From Phormidesmis sp. (GTDB lineage Bacteria; Cyanobacteriota; Cyanobacteriia; Leptolyngbyales; Leptolyngbyaceae), in the NCBI GenBank assembly GCA_965248535.1, contig CBDFJR010000002.1:1344001-1408000 (forward strand): DNA of 64,000 nucleotides, written 5' to 3'. Both the position numbers and the translations under genes were made by a program. Under the pieces are notes generated by a model, which saw only the letters and a program-made list of their open reading frames with translations, was not told the DNA's origin and ran no database searches. Shown piece after piece: positions 1-10,542 of the stretch (position 1 is the stretch's first letter; every line of letters starts with the position of its first letter).

Positions 1-2
1 TT

Positions 3-2192
3 CTACCTATTTTGATTGAAGTCCTTCAAGGTCAAGATTTAGATGTACGAATAATCTCCATGAATGCTTTAAAAGAGATTGGTTCGCCAGCTAAGGCGGC
101 TGTTCCAGCGCTGATTGATAACTTGAAACATAAGCACTCTATGATTCGTTGGAATGCTGCTTATGCACTGGGCGGGATCGGATCTGATGCTGAAGCGGCT
201 GTTCCTGCGCTAACTGAAAGGCTTAAAGATGAGAATGCCAATGTCCGTAGCTTTGCCGCTAGTGCGCTTGGCTCAATTGGCAAAAAGGCTAAAGCTGCAA
301 TTCCCGGTCTGGTTGAGCTGCTGAAAGATAAGAATGCATCTGTTCGTGGTGGTGCTGCCTATGCTCTAGTAAATATCTGCAACAATAACGTGACAAGTGT
401 AGAGTACAAACCTGCTCTTCCTGCTTTGATGACGGCGCTCAAGGATCAGGACGATACCGTGCGCGCTGGGGCTGCCTCCAGTCTGGAATACTTTGCTAAA
501 GATAACGAAGTGGTTGTTCCTGCCTTAATTGCAGCCCTCAAAGATAAAAATGGCAAGGTTCGCACTGAGGCGGCACTCTCTCTACGATATATGGCTCTAC
601 AATTGCAAGAAGAAGCCAAAAATCTTCAGGAAACCGAAAAGGCGATCGTCGTTGTCAAGCAAATTCAGGCGGCTTTTGGCGACTCACCGGACTTTGAAGA
701 TAATCGTTTAGCAGTAGATAAAACTCTGGAAACGCTGGGCGATCGTAAACAATCGTTTCTACTTCAATCAGCTACTAAATGGGTTTCAGCCGGGAAAGAA
801 GTTTGGCTGGCTCATGCCGCGTTTTGGCTAGCTCTAATTCTGGTCTATCCCAAATCTCCGCAAATTCAAGCCATCTTCTTCTGGAATCCTTGGGTGCGAA
901 AGATTATGGGATTAGGGTATGTCGGCTTCGCATTGACTTGGGTGCCATTTTTGCGACGATCGCTCTTCGCCCCCTTTCGTGAATCACTGCTTGCCGATGC
1001 CGCGCTAGAGAACTTTAAACCACAAGCCTATTTTGAGAACTCAGACATCAAATATCAATCAGGAGACATTAAACCCATTCGAGAGGCGGTTTCAGGGTTT
1101 AAGGGACAAGTTGTGCTGGAAGGCGCGTCAGGGTTAGGGAAGACTATGTTTTTACGGCACCTGTGCCAACAATCACAGCGAGTTGTGGTTTATCTTCCAG
1201 CTACCAAGTGTGCCGATGGCGTGATTGAGGCCATTCAAAAGAAGCTGCACGGCGAGGAGATTAAAGACCCCAAGTTTTTGCAGAATTTGATTTATAGTGG
1301 CGCGATCGCGATCTGCATTGATGGTCTCAATGAAGTCAGTGCCGACACACGAGCAAAGATTGTCGAATTCACCGAAAACTACTTCAAAGGTGACATTATT
1401 CTGGCAACGCAGCCGATGGAATGGACACCCCCGGCAACGGCCAAACTGTTTGTCATGCAACCATTGGGGCGATCGCACATTCAAGCATTTCTGCTTTCTC
1501 GCAAACCGTTAATTCCTGACTATGCTCCAGTTCGAGATGCAGCTTATGAACAGTCATGCTCTCGTTATCTTGAACAAGTATTGCACGATCAACAGCCCTT
1601 AGAAGAACTAGAAGCCACTCAACGGATTCTCTCTAACCCAATGGATTTGACGGTGATTGCTTCGATGATTGCTGCCGACAAACAGCCCGATTTGTTTCGC
1701 TTGCAGGAACAACAATATACTGTCGTGGCCGAGGAGTACCAGGAAAAGCATCTGGGGCAAGAATTTCCGCTAGATGTTTTCTCGGAAGCGGTTTACCAAA
1801 TGCGGCTTAAAGATGAAACCACGCTGCCAGAAGAACAGTTTTTAGAGGAACTGTTGGGTATGGAACGGCACAAAATGGTCGTCAGCCGTCAATCTAAAGA
1901 TAGCCAAGGCAAACCTGCCAAGGAATGGTACTTTCGTCATGACAAAATTGCTGAGTTTTTTATTGTTCAAACCTTTTTAGAACACCCAGAGCGACAGGAG
2001 CAACACTTAGGCGATCCGCGCTTTCGAGGAGTCTATTTTATGTTGGTGAACTTTCTCAAACTGGAAGATGCGATCGCTCTCCGTGAAATGCTAATCCAAT
2101 ACGCTGCGGACACGAAAGATCATACGGTTAGTGACACGTTTGTTCAGTTGTTGCGATCGCGTAAAGTAGAGTTCATCCAAGCAGCAGCGTAA
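3..2192 (+). CDS. HEAT-repeat protein with membrane segment and C-terminal NACHT-like P-loop NTPase (5'-truncated by window)
   Basis: Repeated 'AVPAL..L.D....VR..AA.ALG.IG' HEAT/PBS-lyase units; hydrophobic stretch around aa 265-315; Walker A GASGLGKT, Walker B ICIDGLNE, late 'FRHDKIAEFF'. Frame is open to the window edge. Confidence 0.8.
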   Translation, partial: LPILIEVLQGQDLDVRIISMNALKEIGSPAKAAVPALIDNLKHKHSMIRWNAAYALGGIGSDAEAAVPALTERLKDENANVRSFAASALGSIGKKAKAAIPGLVELLKDKNASVRGGAAYALVNICNNNVTSVEYKPALPALMTALKDQDDTVRAGAASSLEYFAKDNEVVVPALIAALKDKNGKVRTEAALSLRYMALQLQEEAKNLQETEKAIVVVKQIQAAFGDSPDFEDNRLAVDKTLETLGDRKQSFLLQSATKWVSAGKEVWLAHAAFWLALILVYPKSPQIQAIFFWNPWVRKIMGLGYVGFALTWVPFLRRSLFAPFRESLLADAALENFKPQAYFENSDIKYQSGDIKPIREAVSGFKGQVVLEGASGLGKTMFLRHLCQQSQRVVVYLPATKCADGVIEAIQKKLHGEEIKDPKFLQNLIYSGAIAICIDGLNEVSADTRAKIVEFTENYFKGDIILATQPMEWTPPATAKLFVMQPLGRSHIQAFLLSRKPLIPDYAPVRDAAYEQSCSRYLEQVLHDQQPLEELEATQRILSNPMDLTVIASMIAADKQPDLFRLQEQQYTVVAEEYQEKHLGQEFPLDVFSEAVYQMRLKDETTLPEEQFLEELLGMERHKMVVSRQSKDSQGKPAKEWYFRHDKIAEFFIVQTFLEHPERQEQHLGDPRFRGVYFMLVNFLKLEDAIALREMLIQYAADTKDHTVSDTFVQLLRSRKVEFIQAAA

Positions 2193-2231
2193 AGTTAGAT
2201 GGGCGGTCGCGGTCAAATAATTGCGGCTCTT

Positions 2232-2570
2232 TTAGTCATGATCGATCGCGTCGGAATTCCCTGATTTGTCGGTCGAAATTTTAGACGATCGCCAGATCCA
2301 CCAGCCCGCGATCGCTAGCGTGCAGTTTCCCACCACCGTCATCGCGGCTTGCACCGTCACGACCCAATCCAATGCGGGCAGATTGTCAAAGAAATGCCAG
2401 GTGCAGGCACACATCGCGCTGACCAACGCAGGCAACATCCCCAGCGAGAGCGATCGCCACGCGAGATTTCCGCTCACCTCGGCATAGCGCCAAATCAGCC
2501 AGATTGCCGCGATCCATTCGATCACGCTAGACACATGAATCACCCAAGTCGGAATCGAGAGAGCGTGCAT
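2232..2570 (-). CDS. ycf49: Ycf49/DUF2499 family membrane protein
   Basis: MHALSIPTWVIHVSSVIEW...MCACTWHFFDN signature; ATG at 2570. Confidence 0.85.
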   Translation of the reverse strand: MHALSIPTWVIHVSSVIEWIAAIWLIWRYAEVSGNLAWRSLSLGMLPALVSAMCACTWHFFDNLPALDWVVTVQAAMTVVGNCTLAIAGWWIWRSSKISTDKSGNSDAIDHD

Positions 2571-2669
2571 AAAAAATTGAGAGTCGGGCGGATTCGCAGC
2601 GATCGCGCCTCGCAAGCTCTAGTGTAAGTGGAGTTGTGCTGTAGAATTGGCTTCAATCTAAAATCTGAC

Positions 2670-3722
2670 ATGAACAAGCGTCGAGCCGTGTTGTGTGGCT
2701 ACTATGGCATGGGCAACGGCGGCGATGAGGCGCTACTAGCTTCTCTGCTGCAAATGCTGCCGCCCGAAATCGAGCCGATCGTGCTGTCGGGCAACCCTCA
2801 GCAAACTCGCGATCGCTATCAAGTGGCAAGCTGCGATCGCAAATCCCTAGCCTCCGTCGTGCAGGCACTGCGGCGATCGGAGATTTTTATCTGGGGCGGC
2901 GGCAGTCTGATGCAGGATGCGACGAGTCCGTTTAGTGCTTTTTATTATGGGGGGTTGATGAAACTCGCCCAAACAATGGGGCTGACGACGATCGCTTGGG
3001 CCCAAGGCATCGGGCCGCTGAACCGATCGCTGACGCGCTGGCTCACCCAACAATCTCTTCAACAATGTGCTGGGGTGAGTGTGCGCGATCGTGGCTCGGC
3101 GGCATGGCTCGATCAGTGGAACATTCCATCAGTGCTAGCCCCTGACCCGGTTTGGGCGATGGAATCAGAAGCTGTCGCGGGATTGTGGGATCTGCCTGCG
3201 CCCAGAGTGGCGGTGAATCTACGATCGCATCCGCTTTTAACGCCCGATCGCTTGGCTGTTTTGACCCGTGCGCTAATCGAGTTTCAAACCGCGACGCAGG
3301 TCTGCCTGCTGCTGGTGCCCTTTCAAGCCAGTCAAGATCTAGCGATCGCCGAGACCATTCAGCCCCAGCTTCCGGGAGTGAGCAAAATTCTCAGGTTAGA
3401 AACCCCGCAGGAGCTAAAAGGCGTGTTTCGGGGCGTAGAAATGGCGATCGCCATGCGATTTCATGGGCTGATCATGGCGGCGGCCGAGGGCTGTCGGTGC
3501 TGCGCGTTGAGCTATGACCCCAAAGTCACCCACTTGATGGATGAGCTAGCCTTGCCCGGTTGGGAACTGGCCGATCTGCCCCTTGACTCCCATCAGATCA
3601 GTCAAGCCTGGCTGGAGATTTACGCCAATGGCGAAGCGCTTTCAGCCGATCAGATTCATTCGTTAGTCGATCGCGCCCTAATGCACCAAGACGTGTTGAA
3701 AAAAGCCTTAAGAAACTCTTAA
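2670..3722 (+). CDS. csaB: polysaccharide pyruvyl transferase CsaB
   Basis: GYYGMGNGGDEA, GGGSLMQD, AQGIGP, SVRD, MRFHGLI and YDPKV motifs. Confidence 0.9.
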   Translation: MNKRRAVLCGYYGMGNGGDEALLASLLQMLPPEIEPIVLSGNPQQTRDRYQVASCDRKSLASVVQALRRSEIFIWGGGSLMQDATSPFSAFYYGGLMKLAQTMGLTTIAWAQGIGPLNRSLTRWLTQQSLQQCAGVSVRDRGSAAWLDQWNIPSVLAPDPVWAMESEAVAGLWDLPAPRVAVNLRSHPLLTPDRLAVLTRALIEFQTATQVCLLLVPFQASQDLAIAETIQPQLPGVSKILRLETPQELKGVFRGVEMAIAMRFHGLIMAAAEGCRCCALSYDPKVTHLMDELALPGWELADLPLDSHQISQAWLEIYANGEALSADQIHSLVDRALMHQDVLKKALRNS

Positions 3723-3993
3723 AAATAGAATATTTTTAGCTTCTAAGCTTGGTAAATCACCTTTGTATGGTAAAAAGTTGGTTTATAAAGTTGATTTGGT
3801 CGTGACCTTTTTGAAAGTCAGCGTTCTTTGAGCAGCGATCGGGCCCAAAAATCTCAACTCTCTGGTTCAATTTTAAGCAACAGTCGGTATAACTAAGTCT
3901 AGAGATCTTAAACGTTGACCTGAGTTCTAACCGCTCTGTCAAAAAACGCCGCCATATTCTCAGGTTCCTTTCTTCTAGGGTAAACAAATCGCG

Positions 3994-5604
3994 ATGAATG
4001 AAGCTGAAAATTCAAACAATAACCCCCCCTTGTTTGAGTCCATTCCTCAGTCTGTCTCTGAGCCAGCCGAGCCAGACTCTCTTGCAGAAGAGTGGATAAC
4101 GGTCGATTTCCCCCAGGCGCTGCCCGTTGACGAAATTCCTCACGAGGAGCCTGTCCTGCCTGATCTTAGCCACTCGCTGCCAGAGTTGAGCGATCGCGTC
4201 TGCGACCTAGATCAGCAAAATCAAGACCTTCGCCGCCAAAAAGCCGATCTGATTAGCGTCTTAGAAAAGCAAGACCAAGAGTTTCACGCCCAGATTGCAA
4301 ACTTAAATAAAGCATTGCAACAAACTCGCAACATGCTGCGGTTAGAGCGACGAAACTGGGAGTCACAATCGCGACAAATTAAGCAGCGATCGCAGGAGCA
4401 AACCACCCACATTGCTCAACAAACCCAAGAATTAACCACCACTCAAGAGCAAGTGGTCAAGCTCTTTAGAGAGCTAGAAAACGCTCAACAAACGGCTCAA
4501 CGCCAGCAAATCTTGGTCGAAACGTTAACCACCCAGCTAGAAGTCAGTCAAGAACAAGTCGCCCAGCTAGAGCGCGAGTGTGCCATCACTCAACAGCGAT
4601 ATAGTGAGCAGACGCAGCACGTCCATCAGACCGACCATGCTTGCAAAGATCTGCGATCGCGCCTCTTGCGTCAGCAGCGCTACACCATGCAGTTCAAGGC
4701 GGCTTTAGAAAAGTGTCTCGATGTTCCGGCGGCTAAATCGGCTGATGGGTTAGAAACCCTGTTGACAGAGACCAGCGTCACTCGGCCCGATCGGCTTAAT
4801 CCGGCGGCTGATTTGTTAGCCCCTAAAGCTCAACCCGTGCAGCCCTGGTCAGCGCAGCCCGACTTTCCTGACCTCGACCCGCTGCCAGAGCCTCACTCAG
4901 TCTACATTCCGTCTCCTTGGGATGACGACTCTGAGATAGCCCCTGAAGACTTGATCACTCAAACCCCAGAGGTTGACAGCATTGTTTGCGACGCGATCGC
5001 TGATCAGCCCTTTGAGCCTCCGGTGGTGGTTGCGACCCAGCGCGAACCCTTGGTTGTGAGCTACACCATTCAGCGATCGCCAGAGACTTCAGACGCGCTG
5101 ATTCCTGAAATTCAGCTATTTACGCCCGATCTGACCCCTGAGATCATGGGAGAGACTCCAGACGAAACCGCACAAGCGATCGCATTCCCCGCTTTTCTGG
5201 AGATTGAATCAGATCTAGAACAAAAACTTGACCACGCCCTACAAGCCTTTGAGCTTCCGGTTGAGCCGTTTGCCTCTGGCTCTGAGCTTGCAGACTTGCT
5301 GCAAAATGATCAAGAGATTCTCAACGAGATTCACGCGATCGCAGAGTCGGCCGACCCAGCCCCAGATCTTGACTTATCTGAGCCTGAAGCCGTTGATCTG
5401 GCAGCCAATTCTGCGTCTGCGTCGCCTTTCATCACCCTGCAATCAATGACCTCCCGCGAGTTAACTCGGCAGAGTGTTTCAGCAAGTGACAACCCCCTTT
5501 TGGTGAATGGGCCCTCTCCGATCGTCTACCCGCTGCGATCGTCTAAAAAGCTCAAATCTCTGGCTGCCGTTGACTTACCCTCGTTTCCACGTCCCGGAAA
5601 GTAG
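3994..5604 (+). CDS. hypothetical protein with long coiled coil and acidic/Pro-rich tail
   Basis: 536-aa ORF; Q/E/L heptad-rich region around aa 65-240; C-terminal 'PSPIVYP...SLAAVDLPSFPR'. Confidence 0.75.
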   Translation: MNEAENSNNNPPLFESIPQSVSEPAEPDSLAEEWITVDFPQALPVDEIPHEEPVLPDLSHSLPELSDRVCDLDQQNQDLRRQKADLISVLEKQDQEFHAQIANLNKALQQTRNMLRLERRNWESQSRQIKQRSQEQTTHIAQQTQELTTTQEQVVKLFRELENAQQTAQRQQILVETLTTQLEVSQEQVAQLERECAITQQRYSEQTQHVHQTDHACKDLRSRLLRQQRYTMQFKAALEKCLDVPAAKSADGLETLLTETSVTRPDRLNPAADLLAPKAQPVQPWSAQPDFPDLDPLPEPHSVYIPSPWDDDSEIAPEDLITQTPEVDSIVCDAIADQPFEPPVVVATQREPLVVSYTIQRSPETSDALIPEIQLFTPDLTPEIMGETPDETAQAIAFPAFLEIESDLEQKLDHALQAFELPVEPFASGSELADLLQNDQEILNEIHAIAESADPAPDLDLSEPEAVDLAANSASASPFITLQSMTSRELTRQSVSASDNPLLVNGPSPIVYPLRSSKKLKSLAAVDLPSFPRPGK

Positions 5605-5683
5605 CTCACCCTAAAGCCCCCTACTCTGGCAGGGCTGACCTATTGAAGAAAGGAAAAAGTACATGACCCAGGGCAGCCAATTT

Positions 5684-7456
5684 TTAATCTTGACCATTTT
5701 TCTGAAATCGCCACAACTGCCGACCTAACCGAGGAGGTAGCCAAAAGGGATGGTTCCACGATCGTGCCCCTGCCTGCTCGCCCAGCACCTCAATGCGCCA
5801 AGCTTGCCACATTAACAACAGCCAGAGATTATTGCCGAGATAGCGATCGCTGGGCAAAGTTCCACTGGAACCGTGCATCGCAGCGCCCCGTCTTCCTGAC
5901 ATCATCTGTGCGGCGAGATGGGGCTGCCAGCGTCCTTCTTGCTGCAACACACCAGGATTGAGCCATTGCCCGATCTCTGACCACAGCGTTTGATAATAGC
6001 TCGGTCTGAGGGGCACCCCCATGCCTCGTTTTTCGCGCCAAACCACTTCGGGCGGCAGCCACGATTCGACCGCTCGTTTGAGAATATATTTTTCACACGC
6101 TCCCTGCAAAACCAGGTCTCCGGGCAGCCGAAACGTCCATTGAGTCAACGCCGGATCACAGAAGGGCGATCGTACCCACAACCCATGAGCAAACCCTAGA
6201 GCAGTGGCGCGGGGCTGAATGTTTTGTGCCCCTTTGAGCATCAGCGATGCTCGGCGCAATCGCGCTAACAGCGACGAGTCTGACTCTAAAGCGGGGCGCA
6301 AATAATCTTGCAGGTCGATCGCCTGAATTTGCTGATAAACCTCTGGAGAAAAAATCTGTGACTCATAGCCATAAAATCGTTGAAACGTCCGTAGATACTG
6401 CTGATTAAAGTCCTTAGTTCCCATCGGGTTTTCAGAATTGTAAACCGCACTGGCAATCAGAGGTTTATTGACCCAACCCGCAAAGAGTTGATCGCCGTTT
6501 TCGCCGTTAAAGACAACACGAGTTTCTTGAGCCGCCGCCTGATTGAGCAAAAATAAAGGAGCCGTCACCCCGTCACCATAGGGAGAATCGAGCGATCGGG
6601 CCGTCTCTCTCAAGACCGCCATCAATCGTTGAGGCGGGGCGGACACCCGCACTAGGGGAATCTGCAAATAGTCTGCAACCTGCTGGGCATAGGGCAATTC
6701 TGAATAGCTGTCATCGCCAAAATCAAGCGCATAAGCCCGCACGGTCAGCCCTGCCTGCACTAGCAGCGCCGCCACGATCGACGAATCAATCCCGCCCGAC
6801 AAAAAAACGCCCACGGGCTGATCAGGAAGATCGGCGACTTGAGCCGCGATCGCTCCTTTGAGCAGATCTTGCAATTGCGCGATCGCAGTATCTTGATCAT
6901 TAATCAGATCGCTAGATTCTCGCCACGATAATTGATCATCACAGGATTGAGAAATAGGATGGGGATGACCGTTCCAAATTAATTCAACCCCGGCCGGAAC
7001 GCTAGAAACTTGCTCGATCGAGGTGAGCGGAGTTGGAACGTAAGAAAAACAAGCATAGCCATATAACGCTGGAAAACTAACTTTAGGAGATTCAACGATT
7101 GGCAAGAGCAACCGCAATTGAGTCGCAAACCAAATCACCTGGTCAACACAAGTCCAATACAGTGGCACTCGCCCAAAGCGATCGCGCCCTAATCGCAACT
7201 CGTGGGGTTTGAGATTGACCCAGACATCACGATGATTAATTCTCCCGCAGGCAGACAGCCCGATTGAGTCTTCGTCTGACGGCAGATGATCGGCTCCGAT
7301 ATAAGCGATCGTCCAGTCAGAAGATTGTCTAAATAAACAAGGTTCAGAAGTCTTCAAACGCTGAAGAAGCTGACGGAGACAGACGTTCAAATCGGGATGG
7401 TTTGTGGCATTGCTCAATCTCCAGCCGCCGACAAACTGATAGGGTCGCCCCAGCAT
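5684..7456 (-). CDS. asparagine synthetase B-like ATP pyrophosphatase/amide ligase (no N-terminal Cys)
   Basis: RDRFGRVPLYW, PP-loop LSGGIDSS, GENGDQLFAG, RSPFCD, EKYILK and REKRGM motifs; ATG at 7456 overlaps the upstream stop (TAATG). Confidence 0.85.
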   Translation of the reverse strand: MLGRPYQFVGGWRLSNATNHPDLNVCLRQLLQRLKTSEPCLFRQSSDWTIAYIGADHLPSDEDSIGLSACGRINHRDVWVNLKPHELRLGRDRFGRVPLYWTCVDQVIWFATQLRLLLPIVESPKVSFPALYGYACFSYVPTPLTSIEQVSSVPAGVELIWNGHPHPISQSCDDQLSWRESSDLINDQDTAIAQLQDLLKGAIAAQVADLPDQPVGVFLSGGIDSSIVAALLVQAGLTVRAYALDFGDDSYSELPYAQQVADYLQIPLVRVSAPPQRLMAVLRETARSLDSPYGDGVTAPLFLLNQAAAQETRVVFNGENGDQLFAGWVNKPLIASAVYNSENPMGTKDFNQQYLRTFQRFYGYESQIFSPEVYQQIQAIDLQDYLRPALESDSSLLARLRRASLMLKGAQNIQPRATALGFAHGLWVRSPFCDPALTQWTFRLPGDLVLQGACEKYILKRAVESWLPPEVVWREKRGMGVPLRPSYYQTLWSEIGQWLNPGVLQQEGRWQPHLAAQMMSGRRGAAMHGSSGTLPSDRYLGNNLWLLLMWQAWRIEVLGEQAGARSWNHPFWLPPRLGRQLWRFQKNGQD

Positions 7457-8079
7457 TACTTCACCCCAAAGCTTTGACGACTCAGCGATCGTCCTTCCAA
7501 AGACATTTGCACCTGCCACGTTCCTGCCGGAGAGCGGCTATCGAGTCGATAAAAACAGTAGGTTGTCCAGAGGGGGTTTTCGATCGGTTGAGTTTGGTAA
7601 TTGCTCTGCTGAACCACCTGCCCCGATGGATCGATCCAATCACAGGTGAGATGTAAGCGATCGCCCAGAGGCACCTCTTTAAGAGTGACTTGATAAAACA
7701 CTTGAGGATTTTTTTGGCGATCGACGAATTCTACATTCGCCGGACTGTTTTTTGTGAGGGTAATCCGACTTTGACCAGCCGAAATGCGGGCAATTGACTG
7801 CTGATATTGTTGATGAAAAATCGCTGCAGCTGCGATTCCACCCACGATCACGACAGCGATCGCGCTCCCAATCAACCAATTTCGTTTTTTCTGTCTTGCT
7901 AGTGCTTTACGTCGCGTTAACTGCGCGAGAGCATCGTCTAACAAATCATCGGGCAAGTTGAGTTCTTGCAAAATTTGTTTAACTTGCTCTGATGACAACT
8001 CTTCATCACGCTGTTTTGAAAGTTGCCCAACTTCGGCAACCACCTGAGCTAACTGCGTTTGGGTAAGACGAGTATCCAT
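7456..8079 (-). CDS. single-TM protein with C-terminal beta-rich domain (DUF3859-like)
   Basis: N-terminal 'RLTQTQLAQVVAEV' helical domain, one TM helix, then 'CDWIDPSG...W.TYC...AGTWQV'. Confidence 0.7.
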   Translation of the reverse strand: MDTRLTQTQLAQVVAEVGQLSKQRDEELSSEQVKQILQELNLPDDLLDDALAQLTRRKALARQKKRNWLIGSAIAVVIVGGIAAAAIFHQQYQQSIARISAGQSRITLTKNSPANVEFVDRQKNPQVFYQVTLKEVPLGDRLHLTCDWIDPSGQVVQQSNYQTQPIENPLWTTYCFYRLDSRSPAGTWQVQMSLEGRSLSRQSFGVK

Positions 8080-8137
8080 AACAAAGACGAGATACGATCG
8101 CGGTTGTCCCTATTCATATCATGTCTAGCGATCGCTT

Positions 8138-8188
8138 AGATCTCCGCTTCTTAAAGAAGTCGGAGATCTTGGGAAAAGCCGGGGATCT
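8138..8188. repeat. palindromic short dispersed repeat (copy 1 plus a half copy)
   Basis: AGATCTCCG-CTTCTTAAAGAAGTCGGAGATCT followed by AAGCCGGGGATCT; related copies at 20525 and 50543. Confidence 0.7.
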
Positions 8189-8233
8189 GGGCAGGATTGC
8201 TTTACGATCGAGGCTTCTCTGCATCTATTAACT

Positions 8234-10009
8234 ATGTCTGCCGCTACCTCAAACCCTTTGCAACGCCTTTTGCACTACAGTCGCCCTCACCGCGCTCAAA
8301 TTTGGCAAGCCAGCGTTTGCTCAGTTTTGAACAAAATCTTTGATCTGGCACCTCCCTATCTGATTGGCATGGCCGTCGATGTTGTTGTCAAACGCGAGTC
8401 GTCTTGGATTGCAAAAGTCGGGTTCACCAGCATCATCGGACAGTTGGCCGTGTTATCGCTGCTGACCTTTGTGATCTGGAGTCTAGAATCGCTGTTTGAA
8501 TATGCCTACGATCGGCTCTGGCGCAACCTAGCCCAAACCTTGCAGCATGAGTTGCGACTCAACGCCTATAGCCATTTGCAAGAGCTAGAACTGAGCTTTT
8601 TTGAAGAGCAAAGCACCGGAACATTGTTATCCATTCTCAATGACGATATCAACCAATTAGAACGATTTCTTGACAGCGGAGCCAATGAGATTCTGCAATT
8701 TGTGACCACGATCGTGTTTGTGGGCGGCACATTTTTGGCCTTAGCACCGGGCGTTTCGTGGTTTGCCATGTTACCCATCCCATTTATTTTTTGGGGTTCG
8801 ATCGCGTTTCAAAAACGTCTCGCGCCCCGTTATGCCGATGTGCGACAAAAAGCCAGTTTGATTAACAGTCGATTAGCTAATAATTTATCTGGCATTGCCA
8901 CAATTAAGAGTTTTACGGCTGAAACCTATGAGCACGATCGGGTTGCCACTGAGAGCAATGCTTATCGCTCTAGCAATCGTCGCGCCATTGCCCTTAGCGC
9001 TGCCTTTGTGCCGTTGATTCGCATTATCATTTTGGTTGGCTTCACCGCAACCCTCTTTTTAGGCGGCATCGAAGCGGCCAACGGTCGGCTCTCAGTCGGC
9101 ACTTATGGGTTTATGGTATTCATCATTCAGCGATTGCTGTGGCCCTTCACCCGACTGGGGCAAACGATGGATCAATATCAGCGAGCGATGGCCTCAATCA
9201 GTCGCGTCATGAACTTATTGGATACCCCGATCGCGATTCCCACAGGTGATCGTTCCTTGCCCACTCAGCAAGTGCGCGGCGAAGTCGATCTCAACCACAT
9301 CACCTTTGCCTACCAGGGTCGCAGTCACGCCCTAGAAGACCTATCGCTCCACATCCCTGCCGGAGAAACGATCGGCATCGTCGGCGCAACCGGGTCAGGA
9401 AAAAGCACTCTGGTAAAACTGCTGCTGCGATTTTATGAGATTCAGCAGGGGCAAATCTTGCTCGACGGCATTGACATTCGTGAACTGCGGCTGCGTGATT
9501 TGCGTCGCTGCATCGGCTGGGTGAGTCAAGAAGTCTTTCTGTTTCACGGCACTGTTGCCGATAACATAGCCTACGGCAGTTTTGATGAAACGCGGGAAGA
9601 GATCATGCGATCGGCAAAACTAGCCGAAGCCCACGACTTTATTCAGGGGTTGCCCGATGGCTATGACACGATTATTGGCGAACGCGGTCAAAAACTGTCA
9701 GGCGGACAGCGCCAGCGCCTCGCGATCGCTCGTGCTCTGCTCAAAGATCCCCCAATTTTGATCCTCGACGAAGCCACCTCTGCGGTCGATAACGAAACCG
9801 AAGCAGCGATTCAGCGATCGCTAGAATACATCACTCAAAATCGCACCACGATCGCCATTGCCCATCGTTTATCTACAATCCGCCACGCCCACTGCATTTA
9901 TGTGATGGATGGCGGACGCGTCGTTGAGCAAGGCACCCACGAAACACTGCTTAACCAATCTGGCATTTATACGGCTCTGTGGCGGCTGCAATCGGGAGTC
10001 AAGGCTTGA
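8234..10009 (+). CDS. ABC exporter, fused permease/ATPase (MsbA/MdlB-like)
   Basis: N-terminal TM domain; GATGSGKST, LSGGQRQR, ILDEATSAVD and IAHRLST motifs. Confidence 0.93.
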   Translation: MSAATSNPLQRLLHYSRPHRAQIWQASVCSVLNKIFDLAPPYLIGMAVDVVVKRESSWIAKVGFTSIIGQLAVLSLLTFVIWSLESLFEYAYDRLWRNLAQTLQHELRLNAYSHLQELELSFFEEQSTGTLLSILNDDINQLERFLDSGANEILQFVTTIVFVGGTFLALAPGVSWFAMLPIPFIFWGSIAFQKRLAPRYADVRQKASLINSRLANNLSGIATIKSFTAETYEHDRVATESNAYRSSNRRAIALSAAFVPLIRIIILVGFTATLFLGGIEAANGRLSVGTYGFMVFIIQRLLWPFTRLGQTMDQYQRAMASISRVMNLLDTPIAIPTGDRSLPTQQVRGEVDLNHITFAYQGRSHALEDLSLHIPAGETIGIVGATGSGKSTLVKLLLRFYEIQQGQILLDGIDIRELRLRDLRRCIGWVSQEVFLFHGTVADNIAYGSFDETREEIMRSAKLAEAHDFIQGLPDGYDTIIGERGQKLSGGQRQRLAIARALLKDPPILILDEATSAVDNETEAAIQRSLEYITQNRTTIAIAHRLSTIRHAHCIYVMDGGRVVEQGTHETLLNQSGIYTALWRLQSGVKA

Positions 10010-10367
10010 TGGCGTGTTCTTGCAGCACTTCTAAGGCAACGACTTTGAGGGCCGCCTCGTGAGTGGCAGACAGCACGATCGGCGGCGCAATTCCAGCGTC
10101 AAGCGCCTGCTTCCAGCGAGACACACACAAACACCAGCGATCGCCAGGGTTTAACCCCGGAAACTCAAACATCGGCATCGGCGTGCTCAAGTCGTTTCCC
10201 TCTGCTTTGGTGTAGGCAAGAAACCCTTCGGTCACTTGGGCACAGACGACGTGAGTCCCGACATCTTGCGCCCCAGTTTCACAACAACCATTGCGAAAAA
10301 ACCCGGTCATCGGAGATGTGCTGCAAGTCTCCAAAGTTGTACCCAATACATTCTTCGCGTCTGTCAT
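9999..10367 (-). CDS. DUF2237 family protein
   Basis: NVLG..LE.CS..PMTGFFRNGCC, GNDLSTP and PGDRWCLC motifs. Confidence 0.88.
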   Translation of the reverse strand: MTDAKNVLGTTLETCSTSPMTGFFRNGCCETGAQDVGTHVVCAQVTEGFLAYTKAEGNDLSTPMPMFEFPGLNPGDRWCLCVSRWKQALDAGIAPPIVLSATHEAALKVVALEVLQEHAIKP

Positions 10368-10542
10368 CACCAAGGCTCCTAGCATCTGAGCGGGGAAGGT
10401 TCCGATACATTCTACCGCGCCGCCCAAAACTGACGTTTGTCTTTACCCTCTGATCGGTTGTTTTGATTCGTTAAGGTTTGAGGAGGATTTTAATTCACGG
10501 TTTGAGGCTATAACAAGCATCTCAGGATTCTCTACTCCAGGT

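Noticed and set aside
5684..10009. Lasso peptide cluster (AsnB-like + ABC exporter)
   Set aside because: No B1/RRE, B2 peptidase or precursor peptide is visible in the window.
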